Assembly (NCBI RefSeq): GCF_001194135.2
Contig: NC_068984.1
Span: 2,996,245 to 3,040,230, forward strand
DNA from: Octopus bimaculoides
Lineage: Eukaryota
Length of the DNA: 43,986 bases
Direction of reading: 5' to 3'
Positions 37,781 to 43,986 of the stretch are shown piece after piece. Position numbers and translations under genes: made by a program. Within the stretch, counting starts at the first letter, position 1. Every line of letters starts with the position of its first letter. The notes beneath the pieces are model-generated. The model saw only the letters and a program-made list of their open reading frames with translations, was not told where the DNA came from and did not search any database.

Positions 37781-37874
37781 AACTAAGAAAACATGTTTTC
37801 ACGGCAACGAAGTATAATTTGGAGTCGAATCTGCAGCTGGCTCCACCCCGGTACCTTCACACATCTTCGCAAAG
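37781..37874 (+). CDS. candidate internal exon (LRKHVFTATKYNLESNLQLAPPRYLHTSSQ)
   Basis: Acceptor ttttgctcgcAG, donor AAG|GTATTA, open from phase 1 to phase 2. The phase fits a downstream acceptor at 38241/38242. Confidence 0.25.
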
Positions 37875-38624
37875 GTATTAATTTACTGTAGAAGTACCCT
37901 ACACTTTGGTTGATTTCAACTTGTGATCCTAGAAGGTTCAGTCAATACAATATAACTTAATGATGGGTGTATGTAAAATACGAGTTGCAGGGATTGAGGT
38001 GGGGAGAGAGAGACGAAGAAAATTGAGGTAGTGTAAGGAGGAAAGGGAAGGGGGTATGTTAGTTTATCTCTGTGATTTCCACAAAGGTATTTTGGTAAGG
38101 TTTACACTAAAGAACTATTACTTTAACAACCTATTTTTACCTGATTCTTGAAAGATATTCATCAAAACGATGTTGATAGCTAATTTGATGAAATTATGTG
38201 TTCAAAATGTTTTTTATCTGCTTTTCTCATCGTCTTTGCAGTATTTTTGGTGTATCTGCAGCACAGCTAAGAAGGAAGGTTTTTACGTGTAATTCCAGCG
38301 CGGAATCCCTAATATCGTTTGGTTTAGTTTCTCCTTTTGGCTCTGATCCAGTCTACCCCACACCCTCTTACCTTTCACACTGAACCAGGAAACTACAAGC
38401 TCTGCTTTCTCTAATTTGGCGAGCTTTCAAGATGTTGTATCTACAATAAAGCTTTCTTTCTCAAGTACAGCTGTACTTATTTTATAGACGGACTGAATGA
38501 GTTTCTGTGGCGTTCATTCTCTGATTCATAGTAAATTTGTTGCTGTTCCAAGACACCCAATAAATCAATATTTATAAAGTTGATTTCTTTTGATTTGACA
38601 CAAGCTAATATATATTACAGAAGA

Positions 38625-38860
38625 GTAAGGCAGAGAGCTGGAAGAATCGTTGGTATGTCGAACAAAATGATTAGCGGCGTTCCATCAGTCTTTAAGTTCT
38701 GAGTTCAAATTCCGCTTAGGTCGACTTTGTCTTTCATTTTTCCGGGGTCGATAAAATAAGCACTAGCTGAGTACTAGGGACGATATAATCGACTTAGCCA
38801 CCCCACCCCACACCCACCTTGAAATTGCTGGCCTTGTGCCGCAAATTGAAACCAAAATAT
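38625..38860 (+). mobile_element. tRNA-derived SINE (family A), diverged
   Basis: gagttcaaattccg..gtcgactttgtctttcat..ccggggtcgataaaataag. Confidence 0.82.
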
Positions 38861-39753
38861 ATTACAAGAAAGTTAATTCGACCATTGCTTAATTACAACG
38901 GTTAATCAAATTAATACCAGTAATCAATAAAAGAGGATGGCAAAGTCATACCTTGATGTGATTTGAACTCACACTATACACACTCGTATATATGACATTA
39001 AATCCGTTACCGGACCAAATCTGCCATTTCACTAGATTACTCTACTTACAAGTCTGGTGTCTTCGATGAAAAACTAAAGTAAAGAACAACAACAGCATGG
39101 AATTGGTATGTTAGTAATCACATAAGAAATTAGAACAATTTGATGTCAGCAGGATTTGAAACCTCAGCACCAGATTGACGTGGTTTTAAGAGAGCTTTTC
39201 TGTGGGGATTCAAGTTTTTAGGAATAGAATTCATTGCTTCATGAAACCCCTAGAAGCTTGAACAAGGGAAGGACACAACGTATAGTATATTGTTAGAGAG
39301 CCCCAAAAGTCAGGATGGTCATTGCTGGAAAGTCTTTGATTATTAGTCTTCTCGATCAGCGCTGACCTGGGGCTAAACAATGACAACGATGACAAACGAC
39401 TTCGTCGTCCTAAATGGTATCGTCCCATCTTGGACGAGTCTACTGCCCTGCATTGACGTTGCAGTCAACCGAACAGAAGTGAGTGACGTATAAAATCACG
39501 TGATGACATACGTTTCTTAATGTTTAATGAATGAGGAGAGGGATGGAAAGAGAGAGAAGGAGGAGAGGGGAAAAGAGAGAGGAAGAAGGAGAGACGGAGA
39601 GAGGGGACAGAGAGGAGGAGAGAAAGATATTAGCTATTAACAATGAAAAACTGCCATTGCGACTGAACTCCGAGTTGTCGTCATGTCACAATTCGGTGAT
39701 CTCGAGCCAAGTCTGATTTTATATCAGTTGACAAATCCTAGACTTTGCACATA

Positions 39754-39866
<113 letters not shown>

Positions 39867-39959
39867 CAGATATTCACAAATTTACATATACGTAAGCACA
39901 CATATACGTAGACGGCGTATGAGGGTTCGACAATTTCTTACCAAACAACCAGACAGATA

Positions 39960-40185
39960 ATTCGTTTATAGTGATCAAATGTTTGTGTACACATAAGCTC
40001 ACTCCCTCCATCAAATCAATATTACCTGTACAGGTGCAATAGGTGCCACATGTCAGATGATAAAATGATCGCAGAGCAACGTGAAATGAAGTACTTTGCT
40101 CAAAAACACGACACAATGCCTGATCTGAGAATCGAACCCACGATATCGCAATCGTGAATGCAACACCTAAACCACTATGCCATGC
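39960..40185 (-). mobile_element. tRNA-derived SINE (family D)
   Basis: The minus strand has a tRNA-like head (gcatggcatagtggtttagg..gggttcgattctcag). Body homologous to 11805-12070. Confidence 0.82.
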
Positions 40186-40186
40186 G

Positions 40187-40230
<44 letters not shown>

Positions 40231-40592
40231 CATATGTATATGTACATCTTAGGAGAAAACGTAACCCACCAAAGATATTCAGGTCCACAACTTACACGCT
40301 CCCACAAATATATGTATGTAAATACGTACATACACATACATACATACATCTCCTTCATCTCCCCCTCTCTCTCATGTACAGGCACACACATACACACACA
40401 CGCGCGCATGCACACACGAAACTGATTTAGTGTTAATAACAGCCTAATTAAGCTTAATTTGGTAGAGACAAGGAGAGAAAGTCAAGGAATAATGCGTAGT
40501 TTAGGATACCTCGTTAAGCATACCCACACGCGCACATTCATACACACACACGCGCGCGCACACACATATATACACAAACACGTATATTTAAG

Positions 40593-40626
<34 letters not shown>

Positions 40627-40804
40627 TATTTAATTGCGTGCACACGAGCATAGATATATTAATACACACAGACACACACACACATTCTCATTCAACAACC
40701 ATTGTTTATTTTAATCGCCCGCCTACTTGGTGGCCAAGTATACAAAGGAAAAAATGTCTACACGTATACACACGCACACATAGATATATATGCATACGTA
40801 TGTA

Positions 40805-40916
<112 letters not shown>

Positions 40917-41133
40917 TATGTATGTATGTATGTATGTGTGTATACATGTGTGTGTGAGTGTGTATATGTATGTGTGTGTGTAATTATAAATTTATAAGAG
41001 AAACTAAATTGAACGTAATTACAGGGATTGTGAGATAGAGAACACGCTGGCTACATTCATACACACATACATCTATACACACACACACACACACACATTT
41101 CTATCTGTGTGTGTTATTTTCATACATATATAA

Positions 41134-41187
<54 letters not shown>

Positions 41188-41525
41188 CTCTCTCTCTCTC
41201 TTTCCTTTCCCGAGCGTCTAATAACACTAACCGTATCGCGTCCTCACTTTGTTGTTTTTTTGTTATTGTTCTTTGTCTTTTTTTGAACTTATATATATAC
41301 GTATATATTATCTGAAAGTGTGCATTTATGTTTTAATATCTATGTGTATGCATGTGTGTGTGTGTGTGTGTACAACTCAACGCTTTTATCCCTTCTGTGC
41401 TGAATGACAAACGAAGTGTCTTGGAATCCAACACAATCCCACAATCCTCTTATCATTCCACTAATTTATTTATCTCGACTTAATCTACTTAGTCATTGTT
41501 TCCTTAGGGACTTCTTACACACACA

Positions 41526-41570
<45 letters not shown>

Positions 41571-41618
41571 ACATATATTTATATAAATACATACATACAT
41601 ATATACATTTATATGTCT

Positions 41619-41743
41619 ATACGGCAAGAAGAAAATGGAGAGGATCCAGAGATAGTATGCATCAACTGTTAGACATTATATTACGTCTGTTTATTTTTTT
41701 AAAACACTATCTCTGGATCCCCGCCATTTTATTCTTGCCCTAT
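41619..41743. mobile_element. small MITE/fold-back with 34-bp TIRs and TA-rich flanks
   Basis: 41623-41656 versus 41706-41739: inverted, 31/34 matches, 49-nt spacer, TATA on both outer sides. Confidence 0.75.
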
Positions 41744-41914
41744 AAATTAAGGGCAAACCCCTTTTTACCCTCGCCCATTTATAACGCTCGGTAGTGTAAT
41801 TGCCACGCAAAAACCAACACTTGTGCATTAATATTTGGGTATACCACCAGCAGTATATTGGATAGGTACTATCGCTTAGTTCGTTGGATTCACAACCTCT
41901 AATTCTCTTGAAAT

Positions 41915-41948
<34 letters not shown>

Positions 41949-42254
41949 TAAATAGCAGGACTGAGGCTATATATATATATATATATATNNNNNNNNNNNN
42001 NNNNNNNNNNNNNNNNNNNNNNNNNNNNNNNNNNNNNNNNNNNNNNNNNNNNNNNNNNNNNNNNNNNNNNNNNNNNNNNNNNNNNNNNNNNNNNNNNNNN
42101 NNNNNNNNNNNNNNNNNNNNNNNNNNNNNNNNNNNNNNNNNNNNNNNNNNNNNNNNNNNNNNNNNNNNNNNNNNNNNNNNNNNNNNNNNNNNNNNNNNNN
42201 NNNNNNNNNNNNNNNNNNNNNNNNNNNNNNNNNNNNNNNNNNNNNNNNNNNNNN

Positions 42255-42295
<41 letters not shown>

Positions 42296-43261
42296 TTGTG
42301 TGTATGTATGTATGAATGCATGTATATGCTGGCGAGTAGTTTTATTTCTTTCAGCAGAGTGGACAAAAGAGACTACTGAAAAATATACTTCATCAGGTGG
42401 TGTAATGCTAATTGTTGACGAAATGTTCACACAGTGAAGCGTTAAGCAGGGAGATGTGTTAAATCCTGCATTCGATCTTTGTCTCTAAAATACTGCTTAA
42501 TTATTTATCCTATGGAAATTATCATAAATTTGCAGGAATGGATCATCTGGTATTTATGATATATGAGGAATGACATATAAATCCGACTTTAGCGATAGCT
42601 CAGCTATGAAACACTGAGTCTTCTTAAAAATCCCCAAGATAGTCTTTATCTATTTTTTGCTTCTTCTTAAGAGAAGAATTATTTTACAATGTTCTACATT
42701 CTTAGGTAGGAATCAGTTAACATGTTATAGGAATAATCTATTTAAACTCTGTAGTTTATCATCTCGTTCTTTCTCGTACATTTATTGTCAAAGATGGATT
42801 AACTTTAGATTTCTGTATAAATATATATAAACACAAAACCAACAAAATGTAAATCTATCCTTATAGTGCTAAAGCGATATGACGGACCCTCTACGACGAA
42901 ATCAAAATACGGTTTCTCTAGATAAAATATTGACTCCGGCATAATTATAAAGTGAGGTGCAATAAAAATGCCGTATTAGGTGAATTGTACTGTTCCGTAC
43001 TGTGCTCTTCCCAACACGATTTATCCGGCTTTAAATAGATCAGACTGAATGATATAGTGCACCCCTAAACACGACGAGACAACTGTATAATGGTAAGAAA
43101 ATCGTTAATTTGTACTGAACTGAGTTCTAATGTAACAATGTCTTAAACAAGCTTCTTTTCTCACCATTATTGTTCATATTGAATAAATCTTTAAGAGAGA
43201 AAGAAATTCTATCCGTAGTCTCACCATATCTACATCTTGTGGTTGAATCACCTATAAGGGC

Positions 43262-43330
<69 letters not shown>

Positions 43331-43534
43331 CATATATATATACATGTACGTATATGTATATTTGTGTGTGTATGTGTCTTTGTGTCTGTATTTGCCTCCT
43401 ACCACTATTTAACAAATGGTGTTGGTGTGTTTACGTCCACTCTATACTTCACAAAGGGGGATAAACACAAAGGAACACCGACACAAAGAGACACACAAAG
43501 ACAGACACACACACACACACATACACACATATAT

Positions 43535-43703
43535 ATACGACGGGCTTCTTTCAGTTTCCCTTTCCCAACTCCACTCACAAGGCTTTGGTCCGCCCGAGGC
43601 TCTAGTAGAAGGCACTTGTCTAAGGTGTCAGGCAGTGGGACTGAACCCGGAACCATGGGGTTGGGCAGCAAGCTACTTACCACACGGCCATGCCTTCGCC
43701 TAT
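43535..43703 (-). mobile_element. tRNA-derived SINE (family B)
   Basis: Minus strand gtggtaagtagcttgctgcccaaccccatggttccgggttcagtcccactg..gacaagtgccttctactagagcctcgggcggaccaaagccttgtgagtgg. Confidence 0.88.
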
Positions 43704-43889
43704 GTACGTATATGTGTGCATCCATACATAGACACATGTATTGACGCGGTAGTTCGTCTAATTGATGCGACATTAATCGCTAATCACGACACTAATTCCC
43801 CATATCGTTGACATTCTTCCGATATAGACCAAGGCAAGAATTAATTGACCAAAGTGTGGATCGCTTCAGTGGAGCGTATAAGGTCAGAG

Positions 43890-43890
<1 letters not shown>

Positions 43891-43986
<96 letters not shown>
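43891..43986. repeat. (GATA)n/(GA)n microsatellite
   Basis: Seen directly. Confidence 0.96.

Noticed and set aside
42388-42396. CTGATGA on the minus strand (hammerhead core half)
   Set aside because: No stem II or GAAA downstream.

Overview
AT-rich eukaryotic genomic DNA with about 3.6 kb of N-gaps, most flanked by microsatellites. The repeat landscape (several tRNA-type SINE families and dense CA/GA/TA/ATCT microsatellites) resembles octopus genomes; this is inferred from recalled repeat motifs, not from a search. No protein-coding gene could be identified with confidence, and almost every ORF in the supplied track is a microsatellite or N-gap artefact. Supported features are decayed mobile elements: an R4/Dong-like LINE 3' end, two Penelope GIY-YIG remnants, a CR1-type LINE 3' fragment, two mariner remnants, two MITEs, a possible solo LTR and many SINEs. 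There are also several unresolved candidate exons and a near-consensus CTCF site. The most striking structure is a 304-bp fold-back at 35823-36126 whose arms each carry a minimal hammerhead-ribozyme motif. Two further hammerhead-like motifs at about 11.3 and 11.7 kb share a non-canonical core base.
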